Shown piece by piece: positions 7,804 to 16,455 of a stretch of 17,715 bases of DNA; position 1 is the first letter of the stretch, and each line of letters starts with the position of its first letter. The position numbers and the translations under genes were made by a program. The DNA lies in contig JBILDU010000066.1 of the NCBI GenBank assembly GCA_044352465.1, positions 1-17,715 of the forward strand. Direction: 5' to 3'. Below the pieces are notes generated by a model. It had not been told where the DNA came from. It saw only the letters and a program-made list of their open reading frames with translations, and ran no database searches. The DNA is from Bdellovibrionota bacterium. Lineage in GTDB: Bacteria; Bdellovibrionota_C; UBA2361.

Positions 7804-8996
7804 TGTAACCTTGAGATGTCGATGAACGCTTTCTCCGTTTTGATATTCCAGAGCTCTTGACGTCGGAGAACCTCCATAAATCGCCTCGCACTATTTCCCT
7901 CGCCGAAATGGAGGGTTTTCTGCACGGTCGGCCGGCGCATGGCTGTGTCGATCGCGTTTTGAATTGCGATTGCATTGGGTGAGCAATGGGTAATCGAGGA
8001 GTGATGGAAGCGGCCGGCTTGGCGGTTGCCGATATCGACGCTCGGGACGCCGTACACTGGCGCTTCACGGATTCCCGCGCTGGAGTTTCCGACGAGGAGG
8101 TCCGCGTGCCGGAGGAGGGTCAGAAAGTACTCGAAGCGAATCGACGCAAAAACTCTGAAATTCCTGTTTCCCTCGAAGCGCCGATAGGCGGTGAAGATAT
8201 GCTCTGAGCCTTCGTCGTTGTTGGGGTAAATCACGACGAAACGTCGGCCCGAGGCGATACAGGCATCGACAACAGCCTGAGCGTGTTCGTACGCGTGTTC
8301 GATGTCGGTCGTGACCGGGTGGAAGAGGAGGATTGTGTAGCGGTCAAAGTCGATTGCGTAGTGTCGTTTTACTTCGGCGATGTGCGGAAGCTTATCTGAC
8401 AACATGACATCGATGTCTGGCGAACCGATTTCGAAGACGGAATCAGCTGATTCACCCAGCTGAAGGAGCCGGTCATATGCCTCGGTGTTAGCGACGAAGT
8501 GGAGATGAGACATCTTGCTTACCGCGTGACGAATTGCTCCATCGATCGTACCGGACAGCTCGCCGCCCTCAATGTGGGCGGTGGGAATATTACGGATACT
8601 CCCGACGATCGCGCCGGCGAGTGCCTCGACCCGATCTCCGTGGACGACGAGGAGGTCGGGCGGTAGCTCAGAGATATGTCGGGCGAGGCAAGCGATGGTG
8701 TTTGCAAGGGTCAAGTCCATCGGCTCGGAGAGGTATTGATTGTTGACGACGTGGATATCTTGTACCCCCGATCGGAACACCTCCTCGACGGTGTAGCCGT
8801 ACCGTTTCAGAGTGTGCATGCCGGTGACGAAGATGCGGCAATGAAACCCGGGGTCGGCGTCGACGGCCTGAATGAGGGGCAGGAGCTTCCCGTAGTCTGC
8901 GCGTGTTCCGGTGAGAAAGAGGACGGTGCGTTTGGGCGATTTGTCCGGCATGAGCGTCGGAACAGCTCCTAACCCATGCTTGTGGCTCGCAGTCAT
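7800..8996 (-). CDS. neuC: UDP-N-acetylglucosamine 2-epimerase (hydrolysing)
   Basis: TGTRADYGKL, VTGMH, VHGDRVEALAGA, HIEGGELSGTID, FHPVTT, IYPNND, SIRFEYFLTLL, GNSSAGIREAP, resembling Neisseria SiaA. An alternative start is ATG 8951. Confidence 0.93.
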   Translation of the reverse strand: MTASHKHGLGAVPTLMPDKSPKRTVLFLTGTRADYGKLLPLIQAVDADPGFHCRIFVTGMHTLKRYGYTVEEVFRSGVQDIHVVNNQYLSEPMDLTLANTIACLARHISELPPDLLVVHGDRVEALAGAIVGSIRNIPTAHIEGGELSGTIDGAIRHAVSKMSHLHFVANTEAYDRLLQLGESADSVFEIGSPDIDVMLSDKLPHIAEVKRHYAIDFDRYTILLFHPVTTDIEHAYEHAQAVVDACIASGRRFVVIYPNNDEGSEHIFTAYRRFEGNRNFRVFASIRFEYFLTLLRHADLLVGNSSAGIREAPVYGVPSVDIGNRQAGRFHHSSITHCSPNAIAIQNAIDTAMRRPTVQKTLHFGEGNSARRFMEVLRRQELWNIKTEKAFIDISRLQ

Positions 8997-9292
8997 CGAT
9001 AACCCCCTATCGGCAAACTAGGTTTTTATTAGATGGCCGCTACTCAGCGAGGGATTCCGCTAAATCCCCCCTCCCGCTTTGCCGCTGTACCGGGGCTACT
9101 TTCCCGCTGTTACGAGGCCTCTGTCACTGCACCGAGGCTACGGTTTCACGCGTCGTGCCTGGCAGGCCAGTCCAACTTTGGGCAGAACCAATCATTGCAG
9201 CGGTTTAACCCGCGCTTGTTTCGTAAGCAGAGTCGCCTGATACACCTGTGCGTCGTGAGTGCGAAATCACAACGAGAATGTGGGTATCCGTT

Positions 9293-9736
9293 CTAGCAAC
9301 CCCAAGCGTTTGCGAGCTTCGGCATTGAGGGCGGAAATAACCCCGGGGGAGGGAAACGGTCTTATCCCCCATCCTCCACCGAGCTCAAACCAGGCGATCC
9401 GTATCCATGAGCACTATTAAAGATTCGATGAAGGCGACCCGCACTTGGCGTTTCTGAGAGAGACGCCATGTCCGGCTCCCTTTTCGCTAAGGGCGTTAAA
9501 AAAAATCGAATACCTGTGTGCGGAGCTGGTCCCGACCTAAATACCGGTTTCTTATCACGATGTCTTCGCTCTGCCGCAGGACGCTCGGGGAGTCTGATAC
9601 GCCTGACCAGCCCCTCGTGGACTCTCTGCTGCTCCTCAGGCGATGAGAATCCAAATGCCTCAAGCCATGCATTTGGCTCGAGGGTGAATGCTTGCTATCC
9701 AGTCGATCACTCCAAAATGTCTATGGCTTGCCTGGA
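9293..9736 (-). pseudogene. Degenerate C-terminal half of a probable Y1/RAYT-like tyrosine transposase
   Basis: Stitched translation across about 2 frameshifts and several stops: FTLEPNAWLEAFGFSSPEEQQRVHEGLVRRIR...KKPV/LGRDQLRTQVFDFF*RP*RKGSRTWRLS...RVAFIESL...RWRMGDKTV/PGLFPPSMPKLAN. The family assignment is from recalled similarity only; no HUH motif remains. Confidence 0.5.
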
Positions 9737-9976
9737 TTATCCGGTATCCGTCCCGCAAGCCCGAGCCTTGCCCCCCGGTACCCAGCGACCGGGTAGGAGC
9801 GTCTTGGGAGCCTCGTCTCGAGCGAGCCGTGGCAGGAACTCATTTAGATGGAGCCAAATGTTGACTTTATTGAGCCTGCACGAATTGAGGATGGAGAGGA
9901 AGATCGCGGCGCGCAAGGCACTCTCGTGGGAGCCAGCAAACATCCAGTGTTTTCACCCGACCGCGACGTGAGGATG
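9737..9976 (-). pseudogene. tnpC: IS66 TnpC transposase, extreme C-terminal fragment only
   Basis: HPHVAVG*KHWMFAGSHESALRAAIFLSILNSCRLNKVNIWLHL...LLPGRW matches the GRKNWLFAGS...A..YSL..TC+LN...LLPW pattern. TGA at 9953-9955 replaces the Arg. Confidence 0.85.
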
Positions 9977-10000
9977 TAAGAGAACGAGCGTCACCGCCTC

Positions 10001-10341
10001 TCACTGCGTGAGTGCGAAGTTTTTACGAAGAATAATCTGCGAAATATCGATCCCAGAGAGGAGTTGTTCGAGATCGATGCCAATGATCTTTTCCCTCCCG
10101 TCAGCGACCGAAACTCGAAGCGTACAAGCTTCGAGACGCTTGTAGCCACGCATGTAGCCGTCGTTGTCCGAAGAGTGAATCTTTATCCGTTTTCGACACC
10201 GGAAAAAAACGCATAGTCCGCCACTTGTAACTGACCGGCTCGTCCGCTCATGCACCACGGCACTTAATCGCTCAAATCCGGCGCGCATATCGGTCACCCC
10301 AAGCAGAGGTATACCGGTGTCGTAAGTAAAATACCTTTCAT
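10001..10341 (-). pseudogene. tnpB: IS66 accessory protein TnpB, frameshifted
   Basis: ATG 10341 gives MKGILLTTPVYLCLG. After a 1-nt frameshift at about 10298 it continues VTDMRAGFERLSAVV...LCVFFRCRKRIKI...GYKRLEACT (TDMR.GF and KRLE motifs). Confidence 0.88.
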
Positions 10342-10445
10342 TGGAGCACTGGGAGCACCGCTTTTATTTCGTGTTTCCCCACTTTGAGGCGGATACCGCC
10401 CTCAAGTTCAAGACGAGCCCTTTCGATCTCTTTCATACTCCTCAT
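10338..10445 (-). pseudogene. IS66 TnpA C-terminal remnant
   Basis: MRSMKEIERARLELEGGIRLKVGKHEIKAVLPVLQ* has the E.P/GG.RL+V-like tail of TnpA. Its TGA overlaps the tnpB ATG (ATGA). The N-terminal HTH is missing. Confidence 0.55.
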
Positions 10446-10555
10446 GGGTGCCCCATTGCTGAAACGATGGGGCGGTTCTAGCGGCTACAAATGGTGGGCG
10501 TTACCTGGGGGTTGGGGGGACGGATGCGGTATATCATCTTGACTTAGCCGATGTT

Positions 10556-11764
10556 TTAGGTGCCTTCAGCAGTCCGAAGATCGCCTTTCTTTGCCTGAAT
10601 CTGCGAACGGGATGCCCAGTTGGTAAGGACGGTGGGATATATGGATATGGCCCGGGGCCTTACGGCCTGGTCGGAGAGTCGGGATAAGACGATCTGGGCG
10701 TTAGCCGTTGCCGCCCGATCAACCAGGTCATCATCTACGACTGCTTGGCGAATCGCTCGGCTTAGCCCAGCGATGTCATCAACATCCAAAAGGAACCCAT
10801 TCGAGCCGTTCGATATCCATTCGGCGATTGGTTCAAGCCGAGAATGAATCGGAAAAGCCCCAAGTGACATAGCTTCGACCAGGCTTCCCGGTAAACCATC
10901 ATTCACGGTCATAGCGATAAACGCTCGCGACTGACGGACAAGGTCGAGAATTTGAGAATGCTGTGGGAGTCGCGGAACGCTTTCTATGTCGAGCCCGGAA
11001 AGATCACGTAACCGGTGGAGCCATGCCTCTAATTCAGGCCCTACCTGCAAAGCACGAATACGATAACCCTTGAGGATATCTGCACACCCGAGCAGGGCAT
11101 AGATGATGTGCAAAGCTCTCCCTACTGGATCTCCATCGGAAATGTCCCTCCCTTTGAGGAGGAGCATACGCCGTTGAGACGGCATGGCAAAGTCGTTCTC
11201 GCCTGGCCATGTCACACCTCCGAATGCGGGAAGTCGCTCCAGTGTGGTCCCCTGAAACCCAAAACGCCGAGCTAGGAGTTCGTCGCGAGCACATTCCGAG
11301 ATATGGAAGTCGACTTGCGAGAGGACCGCTGAAACCTCAGGAGCATGGAGTGGGTCTCTCCCGTAGAAATCGAGGTCAGCCCCCCAGCTCGAGTAGATCC
11401 AAGGACTGCTAACACGAGTTCCCAAAATCTGTTTAGCGAGCGCAACCGGTAAAGCCCGATTCTCCCAGTTCACGCACAGTCCCAATGAATGAACGATATC
11501 AGGTTTGACACTATCGAGGATCGCCGCAGTGAGTGTGGCGAGCTCTTCCATCGTTGAGGCGGGGGGAAGTCTCACAAAATGCATTCCGGCTGGCACGACG
11601 ACATCGCCGCAGGCATAGAGTGTCCCAAAATTAAGATCGGGGGCTGGTGTGCCGCAGCTCTTCGAGGCGGAGAAGATGTGAATATCCCATCCCTGGTCCT
11701 GAAACTGTTTGATCCATCGGACCGCATGAACACTTCCTGGTTCGGCGATGAAGAGAATTCTCAT
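10556..11764 (-). CDS. GT4-family (group 1) glycosyltransferase
   Basis: MRILFIAEPGSVHAVRW, KPDIVHS, WGADL, DGLPGSLVEAMSLGAFPI, SNGSNGFLL. Confidence 0.88.
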   Translation of the reverse strand: MRILFIAEPGSVHAVRWIKQFQDQGWDIHIFSASKSCGTPAPDLNFGTLYACGDVVVPAGMHFVRLPPASTMEELATLTAAILDSVKPDIVHSLGLCVNWENRALPVALAKQILGTRVSSPWIYSSWGADLDFYGRDPLHAPEVSAVLSQVDFHISECARDELLARRFGFQGTTLERLPAFGGVTWPGENDFAMPSQRRMLLLKGRDISDGDPVGRALHIIYALLGCADILKGYRIRALQVGPELEAWLHRLRDLSGLDIESVPRLPQHSQILDLVRQSRAFIAMTVNDGLPGSLVEAMSLGAFPIHSRLEPIAEWISNGSNGFLLDVDDIAGLSRAIRQAVVDDDLVDRAATANAQIVLSRLSDQAVRPRAISIYPTVLTNWASRSQIQAKKGDLRTAEGT

Positions 11765-12738
11765 AGGGGGGGCTCCCGGTGATTGAACCAGGCGACGACC
11801 TCAGACAACCCGTCTCCAAGATTGAACTGCGGTCGGTACCCGAGTTGTTTGAGCTTGTCGATACTGACCGCCCAATACTGAGCGTCCCCGGCCCAGCTAT
11901 CCCCCGAATATCGAAGTTTCGTCTGTTGGCTCAGATCGAGAATCGCCAGCAATTGATGCGCAAGGTCAGTCACCGAATGAGAGCTACCAGAGGCGATATT
12001 GTATGCCTCTCCGCGAATACCCTGCTGTCCCAGAGTAAGCAAGCCAGCGACGGTGTCGAGGACATAGGTGAAATCGCGGGTTTGCATGCCCGTACCCAAA
12101 ATCTCAAGGACGTCTTGCCTGTCGGAGAGCTTACGAAGGAAATCGAGGACGACGAACCGGGGCATACGTGGCCCGAATGAATTAAAGATTCGACCGATAA
12201 CGACATCAGTGGAGAAGAGCTCAGCATAGAGTCGACATTCAATCTCGCCGCCGAGCTTGCTTGCTCCATAAGGAGAGATCGGACAGAGTCGAGTTTCCTC
12301 TGTCATCAGCTCTCGCCCCGGTTCGCCGTAGACTGCGGCCGAAGAGGCAAAAACCAAACGTGCATTCTGACGAGCTTGGCGGGCGCCCTCGAGGACGTTA
12401 AATGTTCCGACGGTGTTCGTCTCAAAGTCGTGCCGCGGATCCTCGACTGAATACGGAACGCTGGCATTGGCAGCGAGATGGAATATCACCGTTGGCTTGG
12501 CAAACTCGAGCGCACCCTTGACACTCGAGGGATCGCGCACATCTCCCTCGATCCGAATATATTCGCCCTCGATGTGTCGTAAGTTTGGCCAAGGCGCGTC
12601 GGTGCAATTGTCAAACACAGTCGCTCGCGCGCCTGATTTGGTCAGAGCAGTGACGAGATGGGAGCCGATGAACCCCGCTCCGCCGGTGACAAGTACAGAG
12701 TGGCCACGATACCAGGGAAAAATTAGTGGGGGCTTCAT
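11761..12738 (-). CDS. NAD-dependent nucleotide-sugar epimerase/dehydratase (extended SDR)
   Basis: VTGGAGFIGSHL, FHLAA, ASSAAVYG, catalytic YGASK, FNSFGPR, QTRDFTYV. Confidence 0.92.
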   Translation of the reverse strand: MKPPLIFPWYRGHSVLVTGGAGFIGSHLVTALTKSGARATVFDNCTDAPWPNLRHIEGEYIRIEGDVRDPSSVKGALEFAKPTVIFHLAANASVPYSVEDPRHDFETNTVGTFNVLEGARQARQNARLVFASSAAVYGEPGRELMTEETRLCPISPYGASKLGGEIECRLYAELFSTDVVIGRIFNSFGPRMPRFVVLDFLRKLSDRQDVLEILGTGMQTRDFTYVLDTVAGLLTLGQQGIRGEAYNIASGSSHSVTDLAHQLLAILDLSQQTKLRYSGDSWAGDAQYWAVSIDKLKQLGYRPQFNLGDGLSEVVAWFNHREPPL

Positions 12739-12739
12739 T

Positions 12740-13684
12740 CTATCGTTCTTTCTTCGAAAGCTCGCTTTTGATCGCGGCAGGATTTCCCCCCACCACGGTA
12801 TAAGCTGGTACGTCCCGAATTACATGGCTACCAGGAAGGACAACAGCACCCTCTCCGATTGTAACCCCCTTGAGAATGGTCGAATTAAAGCCGATCCAAG
12901 CACGATCCTGCACTTTGATCGCGCCTACTCGGACATTACTCCAATCTTTATTCCTGATAAAATCGGTGGGGTGGGCGATCCAATCACGCCCGCACTGAAG
13001 CACGTCATCACAACGTTCTTCCCATACGACTGAGTGGGAGTCGTTATCCATGAATGTAACACTAGCATCAATCACGACATCGTCTCCGATATCGATAGAG
13101 TCAGCAGCGATCAGCAATGCGGCGTCGAGTAATGAGCCCTTGCCGATGCGGATCTGTGCCCCCCGACGAAGAATTGATAAAGCACCAAAAATTCGGCTGT
13201 TATCCCCAATCCTAACGCAGATCGCGGACTGGTGAGGCCGATAGCGCACCTCGCAACTCGATTGCGGAGCAAGATAAACACCACTGCCGATCTCGAGGTA
13301 ATCGGAACACTCGGCCCAGCTGCCACTTAACTCTGGACGATGCGAAGTTGGTTTGCTGGTTCGGGGGCTTGCGGAGAGTAGTGAGCGAATTGCTCGCTCG
13401 GATGCTACGTCGCCGACTGCCGCATATAGAGCGGCAAGGTGAGCTATCGCCTGATCGTTTCGCGGTTCAAGAAGACTCGCGCGACTGCAAAATTGAATTG
13501 CCTCACGTGGATACCCAAGCTCCCTCAGGAGAACTCCGATATTCAGATTAAGTTCGGGATGATAGGGGTCGAGTTGCAGGGCCTGCTGGAGAGCCGAGAG
13601 AGCTGCCTCTGCCTCCCCGGCGGTAAGCAGTTGAACGGCCTTCTCGTGTAGGGCGACGAATTGTTCCCCAGGATCTGCGTTCAT
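12740..13684 (-). CDS. TPR-repeat / hexapeptide (LbH, MAT-like) O-acyltransferase fusion, paralogue A
   Basis: N-terminal TPR helices (ALQQALQLDPYHPELNLNIGVLLRELG; ASLLEPRNDQAIAHLA). C-terminal DNDSHS, AWIGFNSTILKGVTIGEGAVV, DVPAYTVVGGNPA. Confidence 0.85.
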   Translation of the reverse strand: MNADPGEQFVALHEKAVQLLTAGEAEAALSALQQALQLDPYHPELNLNIGVLLRELGYPREAIQFCSRASLLEPRNDQAIAHLAALYAAVGDVASERAIRSLLSASPRTSKPTSHRPELSGSWAECSDYLEIGSGVYLAPQSSCEVRYRPHQSAICVRIGDNSRIFGALSILRRGAQIRIGKGSLLDAALLIAADSIDIGDDVVIDASVTFMDNDSHSVVWEERCDDVLQCGRDWIAHPTDFIRNKDWSNVRVGAIKVQDRAWIGFNSTILKGVTIGEGAVVLPGSHVIRDVPAYTVVGGNPAAIKSELSKKER

Positions 13685-13867
13685 ACGTCCGTGAGCCTCC
13701 GCAAGATGTTTCGATGCATGGAGAGGGCGGGAGGTCTCATATATTGATGGGGGTAATTCCCCGAATATCCTGAAGAGCTTAGCTTTTGGCCGGCATCCTA
13801 CCTATCAGCACGACGGGGCTATCCGGAGCGCGGGGTATCAAAGGAAACGGTTTTTATCGGGGGTTCG

Positions 13868-14890
13868 GTGTCTGAGCTAAATCACACGGTGGGCTCTTCG
13901 ATCGCTGAGATCAACCAAAAAGCGGTGGCTGCCATGCAGCGTGGGGACCCTTCGACAGCCATAGTGCTTCTTGAAGAGGCGATTACCCTTGATGGTAGTA
14001 ATCCAACCCTCTTGAACAACTTGGCGGTCGTTCTGATTCAAACTAAAAATATTGAGGAAGCATTCAAGGTGCTCGCTCGGGCATATCAGGTGACGCCGGG
14101 TGATCGGACTGTCGCGCTCAATCTCGCCCGTGTGGCGGAGGCTCTTGGGCAGATCGAAGTGGCACACTCGGTAAGTCGAGATTCACTCCATCGATTTCCG
14201 GGGGATCCTGAATTTCTCGGTATTATTGGAGGTGGTGGGGCTGCCGTCAATGCAATCTCCGAACAGCATAAAACCCAACTATCGGGAAGTTGGGCTGCTC
14301 AAGCGGCATATGTTGCTGTCGGACGGAATGTCATTCTTGGTTCGGGCTCCTCGGTCGACATTCGATTCCGTCCTGAGAGTCCGGGGGTGCGAGTCGTTGT
14401 TGGAGATGAATCTCAGATATTTGGAGCGTGCACGGTCCTTAGACCATGTGCGCATATTTCTTTGGGAGCCCGGACTCAATTTGGTGCGAGTAGGATACTC
14501 GCGGCTGAATCAGTTGAAATCGGCGACGATGTTTTGATGGCTTGGAACATCACTATCGTTGATAGCGATCTGCGATCCTTTGATTGGGAGGAGCGTCGGG
14601 CGGACATAGCTCGAGGTGCTCAAACCTTATATTCCCATCCGCATGATCTCGACCGAGGACGTAACTGGGAACGGGTGGGGATCGCCCCGGTGCGAATCGA
14701 AAACAGGGCGTGGATCGGGTTCAATGTGGTGATTTGTAAGGGGGTCACCATCGGCGAAGGGGCAATTATTGGAGCTGGAAGCGTTGTCACCGAGAGTGTC
14801 CCACCATATTGCTTGGCGGCGGGTAATCAGGCCAAGGTGATTAGACAGCTTCCGGTTGCGCTTGATGCCCGCAGTGTCGCGGGGGGGTAG
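13868..14890 (+). CDS. TPR-repeat / hexapeptide (LbH, MAT-like) O-acyltransferase fusion, paralogue B
   Basis: GTG start. TPR helices (EEAITLDGSNPTLLNNLAVVL; RAYQVTPGDRTVALNLA), Gly-rich linker, AWIGFNVVICKGVTIGEGAIIGAGSVV, VPPYCLAAGNQA. Confidence 0.85.
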   Translation: MSELNHTVGSSIAEINQKAVAAMQRGDPSTAIVLLEEAITLDGSNPTLLNNLAVVLIQTKNIEEAFKVLARAYQVTPGDRTVALNLARVAEALGQIEVAHSVSRDSLHRFPGDPEFLGIIGGGGAAVNAISEQHKTQLSGSWAAQAAYVAVGRNVILGSGSSVDIRFRPESPGVRVVVGDESQIFGACTVLRPCAHISLGARTQFGASRILAAESVEIGDDVLMAWNITIVDSDLRSFDWEERRADIARGAQTLYSHPHDLDRGRNWERVGIAPVRIENRAWIGFNVVICKGVTIGEGAIIGAGSVVTESVPPYCLAAGNQAKVIRQLPVALDARSVAGG

Positions 14891-14951
14891 CAGGTACGGT
14901 TCAAGCTGGACACAGCGGGTCCTCTGGTGAGGTGGAGTCGGCAAGACCTGG

Positions 14952-15326
14952 TCAGATTCGGCTGGCCACGAGATGCGCGCTGCTTGGAATATTCACGACG
15001 GTTTGTTCGAGCCGTTGAGCGATAGTCAGGGGCATCGCTGGGCACTCGGTATACATGGGGAGTTCGTTCATCAGCCGCCATACGGGCCGACAAAATAGGT
15101 TCGCTTCGTGGCAGCGCTGCAGTATCGGATCGCGGAGTCCGGCCGGAACAAGGATAGCATTCAGCTAGGCGTTACTCATGCTATATTCTGGCTCAGTAAC
15201 GAATCTTACGTCCGCCATATCGGCGAAGGCGTCCCGGTAACGGCAGGCAAGTTGCCTCTTCCGCTGAACTAGCTCATCGAGTTTTTCCAGTTGGGCCACA
15301 CCAAGAGCGGCGGTAAGGTTGGGCAT
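14952..15326 (-). pseudogene. C-terminal fragment of a LegC-like DegT/DnrJ/EryC1/StrS aminotransferase
   Basis: 125 codons absent from the ORF track: MPNLTAALGVAQLEKLDELVQRKRQLACRYRDAF...EPEYSMSNA*LNAIL...RPVWRLMNELPMYTECPAMPLTIAQRLEQTVVNIPSS. TAG 15165-15167 sits at the Trp of SNxWLN. The PLP-binding N-terminal two thirds are missing. Confidence 0.85.
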
Positions 15327-15392
15327 GTGCTGTCAGTTCCATGCGGGGAAGAGTGGACCTATTGGCTTGGCTTGGCTCTGCTCAGGCAGTTT

Positions 15393-16455
15393 CTACGGAT
15401 GTAATCCCGGATGGGAAGCGCCGACCCACTCAAGGGCATTTGAAAGAATGCCCGATGCTTGGAGTTTAGAGATTTTTTCAAGCCGGATGACGTCAACTAT
15501 ACGATCTTGGAGCTCCTTAAAATTACGCGGCCGTGTCGGAATCTGACTCAGAATCTGGTCCAGCCCGCCTGCCAGATCTTCAATAGCGGCGGGAAGAGAG
15601 ACGAGCGGACGATATCGTTCCGCGGCAAGTTCATTGAAAAGATCAAATCCTACTCGATACGAGCGCTTGTCAGGAGGGGCCTCCTTATTGACCGAGATAG
15701 AGACACCAGGAATCCCCCGAGCCACGGCCTCTGCGAGCTCGATCACTCGGTAATTCCATTCATTTGAACCGACGTTGGCTACGACATATGGCATCGCGGG
15801 ATCTCGATGGAGACTCCATTCAAGCGCTCGCGCCATATCGGATACGTGAATGAGCGGGCGCCATGGGGTCCCGTCACTCAGAATAGTGATCTTTTGTTCA
15901 AGCATGGCACGGGTTACAAAGTCGTTGAGGACCAGATCTAATCGCAACCCTGGGGAAGAGCCGCACGCTGTCGCAAAACGTAAACATGAAATCGTAAATT
16001 CGGGTGCCGCGACCCGTTGCAGGGCGCATTCCGTATCATATTTCGAGCGGGCGTAGGCGGTCAGTGGGTTTACAGGTGAAGTCTCGGAGGCAATGCCTTC
16101 AGATTGTCCATAGACACTGCAACTGGAAGCGAATGTGAATCGGGTACATCCTGCCTGCTTTGCAAGCTGTGCCAGTTTCACCGAAGCGCGGTGATTTATC
16201 TCGTCAGTTAAAGTCTCAAATCGATTGCTGATAGGGTCATTCGAGAGCGCAGCCAAATGAATGACGGCATCGAAGCCTCGCAAATCATCCACCGTTATGG
16301 CGCGTACGTCTCCGCCGAGCTTCGGTATCAGAGGAGCGCTCTCCGATGTGGGAACGAAAAGCTCAAGGTCCAATCCTAGAAGACTGAGGTCAGGGGAACA
16401 TCGACGGAGATGAGGGACCCACGTATCTACGGTGGCCGGTGATAAGAACCTTCAC
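15393..16455 (-). pseudogene. NAD-dependent epimerase/dehydratase with a 5' frameshift
   Basis: GTG 16455 overlaps the rfbF stop and reads MKVLITGHRRYVGP, then goes out of frame at about 16413. The body continues HLRRCSPDLSLLGLDLELF...HLAALSNDP, ASSCSVYG, YARSK, LRFATACG, SDGTPWRPLIHV. Confidence 0.78.

Larger units (their letters stand above)
9744..10527 (-). mobile_element. Internally deleted, degenerate IS66-family element (784 bp)
   Basis: Imperfect terminal inverted repeats GTATCCGTCCCGCAAGCCC (9744-9762) and, read on the minus strand from 10527, GCATCCGTCCCCCCAACCCC. They enclose tnpA, tnpB and tnpC remnants in canonical order. No clean 8-bp target duplication. Confidence 0.85.

Noticed and set aside
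9033..9971. Plus-strand ORFs of 87 and 167 aa
   Set aside because: No recognisable motifs. The longer one is antisense to the transposase relics.
10491..10504. Alternative IS66 left end (GTAACGCCC on the minus strand)
   Set aside because: The sequence ending at 10527 matches the other terminus much better.
9734..10535. Possible target duplication GGATTATC / GGTATATC
   Set aside because: Only 6/8 identical and offset 2 bp from the inverted repeat.
2638..15167. In-frame TAG codons at conserved positions in three relics, suggesting stop-codon recoding
   Set aside because: The expected residues differ (Gln/Glu, Tyr, Trp), many intact genes here end in TAG, and the same relics also have frameshifts or truncations.
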